Source of the DNA: Lysobacterales bacterium
GTDB lineage: Bacteria > Pseudomonadota > Gammaproteobacteria > Xanthomonadales > SZUA-5
Assembly (NCBI GenBank): GCA_022844165.1
Contig: JALHMH010000017.1
Location: 1-64,000 of the forward strand
Direction of reading: 5' to 3'
Length of the DNA stretch: 64,000 nt
Each line of letters begins with the position of its first letter. Position 1 is the first letter of the stretch. The translations under genes were made by a program, and so were the position numbers. A model generated the notes under the pieces. It saw only the letters and a list, made by a program, of their open reading frames with translations. It made no database searches and was not told the DNA's origin. Of this stretch, positions 35,494 through 46,008 are shown in pieces.

Positions 35494-37524
35494 ATGTGGC
35501 TGATCGTCGCTGCCGCGATGGCCGCAAACGAGCCTTGTCAGGCCGATTGTGAGACGTTGCCCGCGGTTGAGACGGTCGGCCAGCCGTTGCGCCGCACACT
35601 GCCCGACGGTGCGATCAGCATCGACGTGGAAGCGGCGCCAGCAGCGCCGCTGATGGATGTGGCCGAGCTGTTCGCGCGCGTGCCGGGTGTGGTTGCGCGA
35701 GCGCGCGAGAACTACGCGCAAGACACCCAGATCAGCGTTCGTGGGTTCGGTGCGCGCGCCAGTTTTGGCGTTCGCGGTGTGCGTCTGGAAGCCGATGGAC
35801 TGCCGCTCACCGCGGCCGATGGGCAGACGCAGATCGGTCATCTGGATTTGATCGGCGCTGAGCGCATTGATGCGATCACCGGCCCGTTTGCGGCGCTGTA
35901 TGGCAACGGTGGTGCGTACTTCGATGTGCGCGAACGGCGCCAGCCGGTGTCAAGCGTGCGTTGGTTCCAGAGTAGCGGCGGACGCAGCCAGCATGCGTTG
36001 GCACTGGCTGGCGAGCAATTGTTCGCGCGCGCCCAAGCCATTGAAACCAGAGGTGCGCGCGCACAGTCGGCGGCCGAGCGGCGCCTGTATCGTGTTGGCT
36101 ATCGCTTCGAAACGCCGCAGGGCGAGTTCAATATCAGCGCCGATCGCCAGGAACAACCCGATTCGCTAGACCCGCAAGGGTTGACGCGCGCCGAGTTTGA
36201 GCGCGATCCGCGCGCCGCCAGTCCGCAGGCCCTGGCGTTCAATACGCGCAAGTCCGTGTACCAGGATCAGCTCAGCGTTCGTTTTGCGGCCAGTGGCGCC
36301 TTCGATTGGGACGCCGGCGCTCAGCTGAGCGATCGTTCTGTGGATCAGGTGTTGTCGTTGCCGCCGAACGCGCAGCTGGCGCCCACCAATGGTGGCGGCG
36401 TGATCGATCTGGAACGGCGCAGCCGCGGTCTGTTCTGGCGTGCGACGCACGATCTGGCAGGTGGGCGCCTGAGCGCGCGTTTGCAAGCTGAGCACCTCGA
36501 CGAGCGGCGCCTGGGTTTCGAGAACTTCGTCGGTACCACGCTCGGGCAGCGCGGCGCGCTGCGGCGCGATGAAGACAATCGCGCGCAAACACGCGATGCC
36601 ATGCTGCGTTTCGATCGCAGCTACGCCGGCCTCGATTGGAGCGCCGGCGTGCGCCGCACGTCACTCGACTATGCGAGCGACGATGACTACATCCGGCCCG
36701 GAAACCCCGACGACAGCGGGCGATACGAAGCCAGCGCGTGGCTGCCGGTAGCCGGCGTTGCCTGGCGCGCAGCGCAATGGCAAAGCGCCTTTGCTGCCGG
36801 ACGCGCGATCGACGTGCCGACACTGGCCGAGTTGGCCTACCGTTCCGATGGCGATGGCGGCTTCAACCAAGCCTTACAACCATCGAAAGTACGCCAGGCG
36901 GAATGGAGTCTGGGCTGGCGCCGCGCGCGTCAGGAGGCAATGCTGGCGCTGTTCACCGTGCACGGGCGCGACGAGATCGTAGTGCAATCGAACGAGGGCG
37001 GACGCACCACCTTCGCCAACGCTGGCCGATCGCGCCGTCGCGGCGTCGATGCCGATTGGCGCTGGAGCGGCGAGCGCGCGTCGCTGTCGTTGTCGGCCAC
37101 CTACACCGATGCGCAGTTCGTGGAAGGCTTTTTCACTTGTCAGCGCAATCCCTGTCCAGCGCCGGATTTGCGCGTGCCAGAGGGCGCACCGCTGCCCGGT
37201 GTGCCACGTTTTTTTGGCGAAATCGAATGGCGCTGGCGCACCACAGATCTGCTATTCGGCGCCGACATCCGCGGCGCCAGCGAAACGACCGTGAGTGAGC
37301 GCTTTGCAGACGCCACGCCTGGATACGGCGTGCTCGACCTCAGTTTGCAGCGCACCCTCAACATCGCGCGTCAGCCGGTGCGGCTGACCCTGCGCGTCGA
37401 CAACGTGCTGGATCGCAACTACAGCAATTCCGCCATCATCAACGACGTTGCCCGCCGCTACTTCGAACCCGCGCCTGGACGCAGTTTCTGGATCGGAATC
37501 GATGCACGGCTGCCGGCGTTTTGA
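35494..37524 (+). CDS. TonB-dependent receptor, YncD/PqqU-like
   Basis: RENYAQDTQISVRGFGARASFGVRG plug, RYFEPAPGR, terminal Phe. Confidence 0.85.
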   Translation: MWLIVAAAMAANEPCQADCETLPAVETVGQPLRRTLPDGAISIDVEAAPAAPLMDVAELFARVPGVVARARENYAQDTQISVRGFGARASFGVRGVRLEADGLPLTAADGQTQIGHLDLIGAERIDAITGPFAALYGNGGAYFDVRERRQPVSSVRWFQSSGGRSQHALALAGEQLFARAQAIETRGARAQSAAERRLYRVGYRFETPQGEFNISADRQEQPDSLDPQGLTRAEFERDPRAASPQALAFNTRKSVYQDQLSVRFAASGAFDWDAGAQLSDRSVDQVLSLPPNAQLAPTNGGGVIDLERRSRGLFWRATHDLAGGRLSARLQAEHLDERRLGFENFVGTTLGQRGALRRDEDNRAQTRDAMLRFDRSYAGLDWSAGVRRTSLDYASDDDYIRPGNPDDSGRYEASAWLPVAGVAWRAAQWQSAFAAGRAIDVPTLAELAYRSDGDGGFNQALQPSKVRQAEWSLGWRRARQEAMLALFTVHGRDEIVVQSNEGGRTTFANAGRSRRRGVDADWRWSGERASLSLSATYTDAQFVEGFFTCQRNPCPAPDLRVPEGAPLPGVPRFFGEIEWRWRTTDLLFGADIRGASETTVSERFADATPGYGVLDLSLQRTLNIARQPVRLTLRVDNVLDRNYSNSAIINDVARRYFEPAPGRSFWIGIDARLPAF

Positions 37525-37751
37525 GCAGGGTCGAGACTGCTGCCAGGGTTGATGATTCCCTGATCGGCGCTACGCAGTCCGCTTGAAACAGCGCAAAGCG
37601 TCGCGCCGACGCCGTTGTCGGATCCAAGAAGATCAGGCATTGCCCGGCATTCCGATGGGAACAGCTCAAAGCGTCGCGCTATAGCGCGACCCACAAAACC
37701 TGGGCCGGATTCGAAAATGGAGGATGGTGATTGGATGTTGCGTCCGCGATT

Positions 37752-40649
37752 TCACGCGTGTTCCGCCGCCACGCGGTCGCGCCCGGCATGTTTGGCGCGA
37801 TAGAGCTGGGTGTCGGCTTCACGTATCAGTTCGCGCGGGCTGTGGCGTTTGCGTTCGGCCAGGCCAATGCTCAGGGTGAGTCGGTGCGCATCTGGTAAGC
37901 CGGGGATGCGCAACTGGCGCACGCGAATCATCAGGTCCTGTGCTGCGCTGCGAGCGTCTTCCAGATGGAGGCCAGGAAATGCCAGGGCGAATTCTTCGCC
38001 GCCGTAGCGTGAAACGATACGATGCGGTCCGGCCCACTGTTTGAGCAGGTCGGCCATCGCGACCAGCACCAGATCGCCGACGTCGTGTCCGTATTCGTCG
38101 TTGATCCGTTTGAAGTGATCCATGTCGGCCAGCGCGATTGTCAATGCCTGATTGGATTCGTATACGTTCAGCAGCAGCTCCCAATAGCGGCGCCGATTGG
38201 GCAAGCCGGTGAGCGGGTCTTCCTGAGCCTGTTTGGCGAAGGCCTCCGACTGTTGGCGCACGGTATCCAACAATTCGGTTTTCTCGGTATTCGCTTGGGC
38301 CAGGGCCTCATTCTGCCGGCGCAATTCGTCGGTGCGCTGGTCGACTAATGCCGCGAGCTTGCGCGTGCGCGCGCGCAGCCGGCGCGCACGCCAGCCGGGC
38401 ACTGCGGCGCCCAGAGCGAGCAGTGCGCCTGCCAGCAGCGCAAAGAACCAGCCCGTTTCGTAGACTCGCGCCGGCAGCGACATATCGATCGTCGCGGCCG
38501 GTTCGGCAAAAACGCCATCGCGTTTCGCCGCAGTCATTTCGAAGCGATACTCGCCCGGCGGCAGGCTGGTATACGCGGCGCGCCGATCGCCGCTTTCGAT
38601 CCAGTCGTCGTCGAAACCCACGAGGCGATAGCGATAACGCAGGTTCTCTGGCTGATCGAAACTCAAGCCCGCAAAGCGAAGTTCCAGCCGCTTACTACCC
38701 GCCGGGAGTTGCAGAATGTTCGACGCCGAAATGGCATTTGCATCGAGCAACACCTCCTCGATGATGGGCGTGGGCGCGACTTTCGATTGCAGGCTTTGTG
38801 TGGCTCGCGGATCGAACACGGTGACGCCACGGGCCGTAGGAATCCACAAATGGCCATCGACATCGCGCCAGCCGGCGGGCTGCGAGCCACCGTTGCATTG
38901 CGCGCTCGCCATGCCGTCGCTGCGGCCCAGCAGCCGCACCGCGATGGGTCTGGGATCGCCCATCAGTTCGTTTTGTTTGAGCTGCATGAGGCCAACATTG
39001 GAGGTTAGCCAGAAGTGCCCTTCGCCATCGTCGAAAATGCGAAAGATCACGTTGTCGTATAAACCCTGCGCTTCGCCGAAGGCAACGAACTCATCGCCGC
39101 CGAAGCGAATCAGGCCGCGGTCCGTTGCGATCCAAACGGTTCCCAATGCGTCTTCAAAGAAGTCGAAAACGTCCTCGCCGGGGAATCCGTTGCTCTGTTG
39201 CCATGTGGTTACTTCGCCGTTCTCTAAAACAGCCATACCGTTCACCGTGCCCAGGAACAGACGACCGTCGGAGGTCTCGAACAAAGACAGAACATACGAC
39301 TCGGGCAATCCCGATTCCTTGTTGTGAACCAGGTCAATTTGGCCATCTCGAATACGCGATGCGCCGCCTGCCGTGCCGACCCAGATCGCACCATCGCGTG
39401 TTTCGAGCAGCGCCCGTACCTGGCCAAACGGCAGGCCGGATTGCTGCGTCCAGCGTGTCAGCTTGTTGCCTTGCAACTGCATGAGTCCCTGGTCGTAGGT
39501 GCCGACCCAGACGCTGCCGTCGCGTGCGGCCAATACGCTCATGACGCTGGTGCCCGGCGCGATGCGCGCATCAATGGTGATGCGTCCGGACACATGCTGC
39601 GCCAGACCTTCGCTGGTACCGATATAGGTTGTGCCATCGCCGCTTTGATGGATGGTTCGCACATAGTCGTCGTTGATGCCTTCGCGCCGCGTGTAGACGC
39701 GGAATGGCGATGCTTTCAGGCGATTCACGCCGGAATTGGTTGCCACCCAGATGCCATCTTCGCGATCTTGAAAAATGCGCAGCACCCGGTTGTTCGACAG
39801 ACCCTGATCGGCGTCGATGCGTTCGATGCCTTTTTCATCCAGTCGCAGCACACCATTGCTTTGCGTACCCAGCCACATGCGTCCCTCGCGATCTTCGAAG
39901 ATCGCCGACACCACAGCGCTGTCGTATTCATCCAGGGCCACGCGTTCAAAGCGCTTGCCCTTGGTTCGATAAAGCCCACGATTGGTGCCCACCCAAATTC
40001 GCCCGGCACGGTCCTGACCCAGCGCGAACACAATCGACTCCGGCACATCATCGATAGCATACAAGTTGTCGTCTGCGAGCCGATGCAGTCCTCGCGCAGT
40101 GCCGACCCACACCGAGCCCTCGCGATCCTCTGCCAGCGCCAATATCCATGGATGTTTCAGTTCGGCATTTTTTTCGAACGGGCGCACACGTTCGCCGTCG
40201 AAAAAAGCCAGCCCAGCATCCTGCGAACCGATCCAGAGACGACCGTTGCTGTGCCCGAGCAGTGCCAACATTCGCGGCGAAACGCGGTCGTCAGCCGCCG
40301 CGGCCCGCCACTCGCGACCATCGTAGTAGACCAGTCCGGATTGTGCCGTTACCGCAAATAGCAGGTTGTTATGCCATGCCAAGGCACGCACACCATCATC
40401 TTTGATTGCCGGCGTGTTGCGCTTGTTGTAGGTGTAGAACGCCCGGCCGTTGAAGCGGGCGATGCCGCTCCACGTCGACATCCAGACGTACCCCTGCGGG
40501 TCCTGCAGAAGGTCGTGAACCGTATTGTGCGGCAGGCCATCGTCGGTAAACCAGGCACGTTTGGCGTATTGGTCAGAACGTTGCGCGAGTGCAATCGACG
40601 CGTGGAGCGCGAGCAACAGCCAAAGGCAATTGATGACGATACGCGACAT
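37752..40649 (-). CDS. Diguanylate cyclase with beta-propeller (Reg_prop)/Y_Y_Y sensor
   Basis: Repeated GL..N.V..I.ED.EG..W.GT; YTSLPPGEY; DPLTGLPNRR, GGEEF. Confidence 0.92.
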   Translation of the reverse strand: MSRIVINCLWLLLALHASIALAQRSDQYAKRAWFTDDGLPHNTVHDLLQDPQGYVWMSTWSGIARFNGRAFYTYNKRNTPAIKDDGVRALAWHNNLLFAVTAQSGLVYYDGREWRAAAADDRVSPRMLALLGHSNGRLWIGSQDAGLAFFDGERVRPFEKNAELKHPWILALAEDREGSVWVGTARGLHRLADDNLYAIDDVPESIVFALGQDRAGRIWVGTNRGLYRTKGKRFERVALDEYDSAVVSAIFEDREGRMWLGTQSNGVLRLDEKGIERIDADQGLSNNRVLRIFQDREDGIWVATNSGVNRLKASPFRVYTRREGINDDYVRTIHQSGDGTTYIGTSEGLAQHVSGRITIDARIAPGTSVMSVLAARDGSVWVGTYDQGLMQLQGNKLTRWTQQSGLPFGQVRALLETRDGAIWVGTAGGASRIRDGQIDLVHNKESGLPESYVLSLFETSDGRLFLGTVNGMAVLENGEVTTWQQSNGFPGEDVFDFFEDALGTVWIATDRGLIRFGGDEFVAFGEAQGLYDNVIFRIFDDGEGHFWLTSNVGLMQLKQNELMGDPRPIAVRLLGRSDGMASAQCNGGSQPAGWRDVDGHLWIPTARGVTVFDPRATQSLQSKVAPTPIIEEVLLDANAISASNILQLPAGSKRLELRFAGLSFDQPENLRYRYRLVGFDDDWIESGDRRAAYTSLPPGEYRFEMTAAKRDGVFAEPAATIDMSLPARVYETGWFFALLAGALLALGAAVPGWRARRLRARTRKLAALVDQRTDELRRQNEALAQANTEKTELLDTVRQQSEAFAKQAQEDPLTGLPNRRRYWELLLNVYESNQALTIALADMDHFKRINDEYGHDVGDLVLVAMADLLKQWAGPHRIVSRYGGEEFALAFPGLHLEDARSAAQDLMIRVRQLRIPGLPDAHRLTLSIGLAERKRHSPRELIREADTQLYRAKHAGRDRVAAEHA

Positions 40650-40760
40650 GCGGTAAAGCATAATCTGATTCGGGCCATGCGCGTAACCTCGCTTTCGATC
40701 CATGCTTTGGCTAGTGTGGCGCTCTATCCGTTGGAATCCGGCAAGGCGGTCGAAAAGACG

Positions 40761-41465
40761 ATGGCGCACCTTGAACGCGAAGCGCATCCCATCCTGTCGC
40801 TACTCGGTCTTTTGGCGATCGGTATCTTGTTGACTGTCTTCGGCGGCACCGTCTGGACTGCGCCGCTGGAAATTCTGATCGTGTTTTTTCACGAAGCGGC
40901 GCATGCGTTGATGACGCTGCTCACCGGCGGTCGCGTGCTTGAAATGGCGGTGACCATCCATCAGGGTGGGCACGTGATATCGGCAGGCGGCAATCGATTC
41001 TTGATTTTGACTGCTGGCTATCTGGGGTCTTTGTTGATCGGCGCGGCGCTGCTCGTGGCCGGCATGCGCTCGAGGCACGACCGTCTGATTTTGCTGTGTC
41101 TGGGCGTGCTGGTGGCGCTGATCACGGCGCTGTTCGTGCGCAACATGTTCGGCTTGATCTACGGCCTGATCGCCGCGAGCCTGATGGTTGGCATCGCTCG
41201 CCTTTTGCCTGAAATTGCCAGTGATTACAGCTTGCGTTTGATTGGCGTGATGAGTTTGTTGTATGTGCCGGCCGATATCTTCAGTGATACGATCGACCGC
41301 GCGCACCTGCATTCCGATGCCCGCATGCTGGCCGAAGAGTTCGGTGGCACGACGGTAATGTGGGGTGGACTGTGGTTGCTGATTTCCCTCGTGATGATCA
41401 TCCTGGCGCTGGTCGTCGGGCTCAGGCGGCGGCGTTCGCCCGTGCTTTTGCCGCCACACACTTGA
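40761..41465 (+). CDS. M50B-like membrane metallopeptidase
   Basis: HEAAH, AGYLG, SDA; several TM helices. Confidence 0.85.
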   Translation: MAHLEREAHPILSLLGLLAIGILLTVFGGTVWTAPLEILIVFFHEAAHALMTLLTGGRVLEMAVTIHQGGHVISAGGNRFLILTAGYLGSLLIGAALLVAGMRSRHDRLILLCLGVLVALITALFVRNMFGLIYGLIAASLMVGIARLLPEIASDYSLRLIGVMSLLYVPADIFSDTIDRAHLHSDARMLAEEFGGTTVMWGGLWLLISLVMIILALVVGLRRRRSPVLLPPHT

Positions 41466-41514
41466 ACACCTGGATCAGTCTAAATCGAACTCATTGCCAA
41501 CCACGGAGGTCATT

Positions 41515-41901
41515 ATGAAGCGCGTCACGGGTATCGGCGGCATCTTCTTCAAAGCGAAAGATCCGAAGTCGATGCATGCCTGGTACAAGCGTCATCTCGG
41601 CATCGACGTCCAGGAGTGGGGCGGGGCTGCGTTCAGCTGGGTCGACTCGGAGGGCAAGCCGACGCCAGGTACGACCATCTGGTCTGTCGGGTCAGTGCAA
41701 GGCGATCAGTTTGCGCCGAGCACTGCGCCGTTCATGATTAACTATCGAGTTGCGGATCTGAAGGCGCTGCTCGCGACACTCCGAGATGAGGGTTGCAACG
41801 TGCTGGACAAGTTCGACGATTCGGAATACGGCAAATTTGGCTGGGTCATGGATCCGGAGGGCAACAAGGTCGAGTTGTGGGAACCGCCGTCTGGGCAGTA
41901 G
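41515..41901 (+). CDS. VOC/glyoxalase family protein
   Basis: VTGIGGIFF, DPEGNKVELWE. Confidence 0.9.
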   Translation: MKRVTGIGGIFFKAKDPKSMHAWYKRHLGIDVQEWGGAAFSWVDSEGKPTPGTTIWSVGSVQGDQFAPSTAPFMINYRVADLKALLATLRDEGCNVLDKFDDSEYGKFGWVMDPEGNKVELWEPPSGQ

Positions 41902-42001
41902 CTCGTCAGCGCATCGGCATCCGCTGCGGCGCAATCGGCTCTGGTTGGTTTTTGAACCCGCACGCAAAAAGCGCTGCTTGATGCGCGCGGGTCTGATGCG
42001 G

Positions 42002-42373
42002 TTAGGGCAGGCCCGCTTCAACGATGCTCTTGAATCCACCCCAGAACATGCGTTTGCCATCCATCGGCATGTCTTTGGTATCGATCATGCTCGCGATGCG
42101 CGGGTCGGCCATGACGGCTTTGTTGATTTTGTCGCGCTGCGCGCGCGATTTGTAGGTGATGAACGCAAATATCACGACTTCGTCGTCCTGCAGTTTCACG
42201 CTGCGCGGGAACGAAGTGCGCTTCCCATATGGCGCGTCGACGGCCACGGCTTCCAGGTATTCCAGCGCACCGTATTCGCGCCAGACCTTGCTGGCCAGTT
42301 TTGCCAGCTTCTTGTACTCGTCCACTCGATCCTTCTTGACCGGCAGTACGAATCCATCGACGTATCTACTCAT
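42002..42373 (-). CDS. DUF1428 (YbaA-like) protein
   Basis: YVDGFVLPV, DGKRMFWGGF. Confidence 0.9.
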   Translation of the reverse strand: MSRYVDGFVLPVKKDRVDEYKKLAKLASKVWREYGALEYLEAVAVDAPYGKRTSFPRSVKLQDDEVVIFAFITYKSRAQRDKINKAVMADPRIASMIDTKDMPMDGKRMFWGGFKSIVEAGLP

Positions 42374-42420
42374 GATCTACGCTCCTCCCAGGTCGAACGT
42401 GCGCATTGTGCGCACAAAGT

Positions 42421-43374
42421 TTAAACCGTTGGGAAGTTTTCGCGCGAAAACGCGACACGTTCGGCAGCATCAGTGGCCGGGACGGTAATCTCTTCCACTT
42501 TTTTCAGTCGATGCAAGAGGCCGTTGCCATTGGCGATCTGGATCGACAGGCCGGGCCGGGCATTCAACTCCAGAATGAGCGGTCCTAAGTTCTTGTCGAG
42601 CACCAGATCGACGCCCACATATCCCAGCCCGCTCATTTCGCTGGCGCGCGCAGCGATGTTCAGCAGTTCCTCCCAGCGCGGAATTTGCAGGCCGATGATC
42701 GAGTGTTCCGTATCGGGATGCTCTTTGACGGGCTCGTTCCCCCACACGCCGCGGCGTGTGAGTCCGGTGGGGATATCGATGCCGACGCCGATCGCACCTT
42801 GATGCAGGTTGGCTTTGCCATCGGACAGGCGCGTCGGCAAACGGATCATGGCCATCACCGGATAACCGCGAAATACGATGACCCGCACGTCCGGTACCCC
42901 TTTGTAGCTGACATGATCGAACACCGGATCGAACTGTACGCAGTACTCGACAAGCACGGCATCAGGCTGTCCACCGAGACTAAAAAGACCCGATAGCGTG
43001 TTCGACAGATGATGTTCGAAGTCTTCCTGGTCCATCAGATGGCCGTTGCTGCGCCGATACTTCGCACCGCGACGGCCGGTGATGACCAAAATGCCGTCGC
43101 CGCCCGAACCATGCGCCGGTTTGGCGACGAAACTCTCGCGATCCTTGATCCTGGCGTGCAACTCCTCGATTTCGTGCTCCTCGCGCACCACCGCATACAA
43201 TTCGGGAACCGGGAGCCCATGCTCGATGGCCAGTTGTTTGGTCAGCACCTTGTCGTCGACGCGCGGATAGAACTTGCGTGGGTTGTAGCGCAATACGTAA
43301 TCGGCATTGCGCTGATTGATGCCCGACAGCCCGATTTCGCGCAAGCGTTTGGCGATGCGGAAGGGGTTCATCAT
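42421..43374 (-). CDS. Alpha-L-glutamate ligase-like (RimK-related ATP-grasp) protein
   Basis: VDDK, KPAHGSGG, GKANLHQG, ELNARPGL. Confidence 0.9.
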   Translation of the reverse strand: MMNPFRIAKRLREIGLSGINQRNADYVLRYNPRKFYPRVDDKVLTKQLAIEHGLPVPELYAVVREEHEIEELHARIKDRESFVAKPAHGSGGDGILVITGRRGAKYRRSNGHLMDQEDFEHHLSNTLSGLFSLGGQPDAVLVEYCVQFDPVFDHVSYKGVPDVRVIVFRGYPVMAMIRLPTRLSDGKANLHQGAIGVGIDIPTGLTRRGVWGNEPVKEHPDTEHSIIGLQIPRWEELLNIAARASEMSGLGYVGVDLVLDKNLGPLILELNARPGLSIQIANGNGLLHRLKKVEEITVPATDAAERVAFSRENFPTV

Positions 43375-44966
43375 GGGTTACCGCCTGTGCCGCCGGGCGG
43401 CACCGCGCCCTTGGCCATCGCCGCCTCGCGCTCGCGCGCCAGCGCGCGGAAGCGGAACAGCTCAGTGAGGCGATAGCCGGAGTAGCGGCCGAGCAGCAGC
43501 GTAATGCCGAGCAATACCAACAGCAGCTCCGGGAACACGAATACCAGATGCTCCAGGGGTGGATAGGTCATCGCCAGATAAGCAATGCAGGCGACGATCA
43601 TCGAGCCGATGCCTTCTTTGATCGCAGTGCCGGGACCCCGCTCGTCCCAAGCGATCGACATGCGCTCGATGGTCATCGTCATAATCACCATCGGAAACAG
43701 CGCGATCGATAAGCCCACCGGAATGTCGAGCTGATGGGCCAACACGCTGACCAGGCTCATCAGCAAGATCACCAGAATCAACACACTGGTCAGCCGCGGC
43801 ACCAGCAGCAGTCGCAGTCGCTCCAGGTAAAAGCGTGCCAGCAGACCCAGCGACACCATCAGCGTAAACAGAATCACGCCGGACAACAGCTTGGTCTCGC
43901 GGAAAGCCAGCGCGATCAGCACCGGCATGAAGGTACCGAAGGTCTTGATGCCAATCAAGTTGCGCAGAATCAACATCACGAAGGCGCCGATCGGGACGGT
44001 CAGCAGAATGCGATACACGCTCTGCATCTCGACCGGCAAACCCATCAGCGAATACTTGACCAGATTCTCCGAGCGCACCTCGGTACGGCGCGTGGCGATG
44101 GCCACGGCATCGGCGAGGTTGCGCTGCACCGAGAATTCGATTTTTGGCCGACGATCGCTTTCCACGACCAGCAGGTCGCGCGGGCTTCGCGTCCACAAAA
44201 AGAAGTTCTCGGGCAGGCCTTCTTCTGCCGTGTCGATATTGATCGATAACCAGTTGCTGCCGTTGTGGACCTGCAAAAAAGGTTGCAAAGACTGGAAGGC
44301 TTTGGACTCGCCCAGCGACAGGCCGTGCAGCACCCGCGCCGGTATGCCACGGATGGCCAAAGCACGCGCCATGAACTGGGCTCGGTCCTCACTGGTGTTA
44401 ATACCATCGAGTAGGGCCCGCGCCTCGTCGCGCGGATCTTCGGCGATGAACTCGCGGACGAATTCGCGCGTAAATGTTGCGATATCGGCAGATTGTTCTT
44501 TGACATCTTCGAAAATGGTGTCGATCGCTGCCTGTTGCGCTTCCGTGAGCGTTGGTGGTTCGCGCAGCTTGGGCTCGCCGCTCTCGATCACGTCTGCTGT
44601 GTCGCGCACTACATTGGCGCGGTAGTACAAAACTTGACGGCCGCTCGCGCGGCGGATGACCCATTCGACCTGGCGCCCTTCTGCGCCCTTGGGTTTGGTC
44701 ATTTGTTCCGAATAACCGCGGGAAATCAGGCGCTCGTCGATCACAGCGAAGCCGGGTGTTTCGCCGGCACCGCGTGCGGGCAACTGCAAGCGCACCTTGT
44801 TCGGCCCGCCGTTGCCCTGGAACTCCAGGCGAGCTTCGATCGACCAGACCTCGACCTCCTCACGCGGGCTCAACGGAAATTGCAGCACCTGCCACTTGTA
44901 CCAGGCCCAGGACAGGCCGATGGCGGAGACCACAAAGGCCAATAAATAGAGCTGGGTTTTTTTCAT
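43371..44966 (-). CDS. Inactive transglutaminase fused to 7-TM domain
   Basis: GIPARVLHG, GIKTFGTFMPVLIALAF, FPELLL, GYRLTEL; ATGA overlap with ligase gene. Confidence 0.88.
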   Translation of the reverse strand: MKKTQLYLLAFVVSAIGLSWAWYKWQVLQFPLSPREEVEVWSIEARLEFQGNGGPNKVRLQLPARGAGETPGFAVIDERLISRGYSEQMTKPKGAEGRQVEWVIRRASGRQVLYYRANVVRDTADVIESGEPKLREPPTLTEAQQAAIDTIFEDVKEQSADIATFTREFVREFIAEDPRDEARALLDGINTSEDRAQFMARALAIRGIPARVLHGLSLGESKAFQSLQPFLQVHNGSNWLSINIDTAEEGLPENFFLWTRSPRDLLVVESDRRPKIEFSVQRNLADAVAIATRRTEVRSENLVKYSLMGLPVEMQSVYRILLTVPIGAFVMLILRNLIGIKTFGTFMPVLIALAFRETKLLSGVILFTLMVSLGLLARFYLERLRLLLVPRLTSVLILVILLMSLVSVLAHQLDIPVGLSIALFPMVIMTMTIERMSIAWDERGPGTAIKEGIGSMIVACIAYLAMTYPPLEHLVFVFPELLLVLLGITLLLGRYSGYRLTELFRFRALAREREAAMAKGAVPPGGTGGNP

Positions 44967-45068
44967 GGTCCCTCAAGCACGATGGCACAACACCGCTCCC
45001 CGCGGCGGTGGCGGGAGATTAGCAAGGTGAAGGGCTGGGATGAAGGGTTGGTGCAAATTGAGATGATG

Positions 45069-45197
45069 CGGGGCACGGGGAACGGGGCACGGGGCACGGG
45101 GCACGGGTTAGGCGGGGTTCCCTCAGCGCGTTCGCGATCACAAAACCAAGTGCAGGCAGGCCTGGCAAGACAGGAATTTCCCGTGCCCCGTGCCCCG
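45069..45197. repeat. Heptamer (CGGGGCA) tandem repeats in inverted arrangement
   Basis: About five units at 45069-45107; reverse-complement units CCCGTGCCCCGTGCCCCG at 45180-45197. Confidence 0.85.
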
Positions 45198-45932
45198 TTA
45201 GATGTTCAACCAGCGCCCGCCGTCCACCCGCAGCACCTGGCCCGTCACATAGCCAGCATCGCGCAACAAGAAACTGACGGCTTTGGCGATGTCCTCGGGC
45301 GAGCCTTGGCGCTTGAGCGCCGTACGTTCCTCGACCATTGCCAGCGTCTCAGCCTTCTCCGGATTGGTCGACCAAACGATATTGCCGGGCGCGATTGCAT
45401 TGACCCGCACCTCGGGGCCAAGCTCTCGCGCCAATCCGTAGGTCATGGCCACCAGCGCCGCTTTGGCCATGCAGTAAGGAACGTAGCGCGGTAGCGGGCG
45501 CTCGGCGTAGATATCGACCAGATTGACGATGGCGCCACGCGCGGCTCGCAACGCTGGTGCCGCCGCCTGCGACAGCATCAGCGGTGCCCGGGCGTTGCTG
45601 GCCATCAGATCGTCGAATGCGTCATCGTCGATGCTCCCGACCGGCGTTGGGTAAAAGCTGGAAGCATTGTTGATCAGCGCATCGAGGCGACCGAAGCGCT
45701 CGAGCGTTGCGCCAATCAGGCGCGCTGGCACGGCACGGTCAGTCAGGTCCCCTTGCACGGCAGCCGTGCTGTTGCTGCGGCGCGTATTCAGGCGATCGGT
45801 CAGCTCGCCAATGTCCGGGCCGGCCGTTCGGTAGTGCAGCAGCAGATCGAAGCCATCCTCGAACAAGCGATCGGCAATGGCTGCGCCGATACGCTTGGCT
45901 CCGCCAGTGATCAAGGCAACAGGTCGTGACAT
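45198..45932 (-). CDS. Pteridine reductase (SDR, FolM/PTR1-like)
   Basis: TGGAKRIG, NNAS, Y...K (YCMAK), VDGG. Confidence 0.88.
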   Translation of the reverse strand: MSRPVALITGGAKRIGAAIADRLFEDGFDLLLHYRTAGPDIGELTDRLNTRRSNSTAAVQGDLTDRAVPARLIGATLERFGRLDALINNASSFYPTPVGSIDDDAFDDLMASNARAPLMLSQAAAPALRAARGAIVNLVDIYAERPLPRYVPYCMAKAALVAMTYGLARELGPEVRVNAIAPGNIVWSTNPEKAETLAMVEERTALKRQGSPEDIAKAVSFLLRDAGYVTGQVLRVDGGRWLNI

Positions 45933-46008
45933 GGGCGACAACACGAATGAGACGACATCAGCATAAACGCTATGCTCCCGGTTCTAACGATGGAACGCGA
46001 ATCGAGAA

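Noticed and set aside
45069-45107. CRISPR array
   Set aside because: 7-bp tandem units with no spacers.
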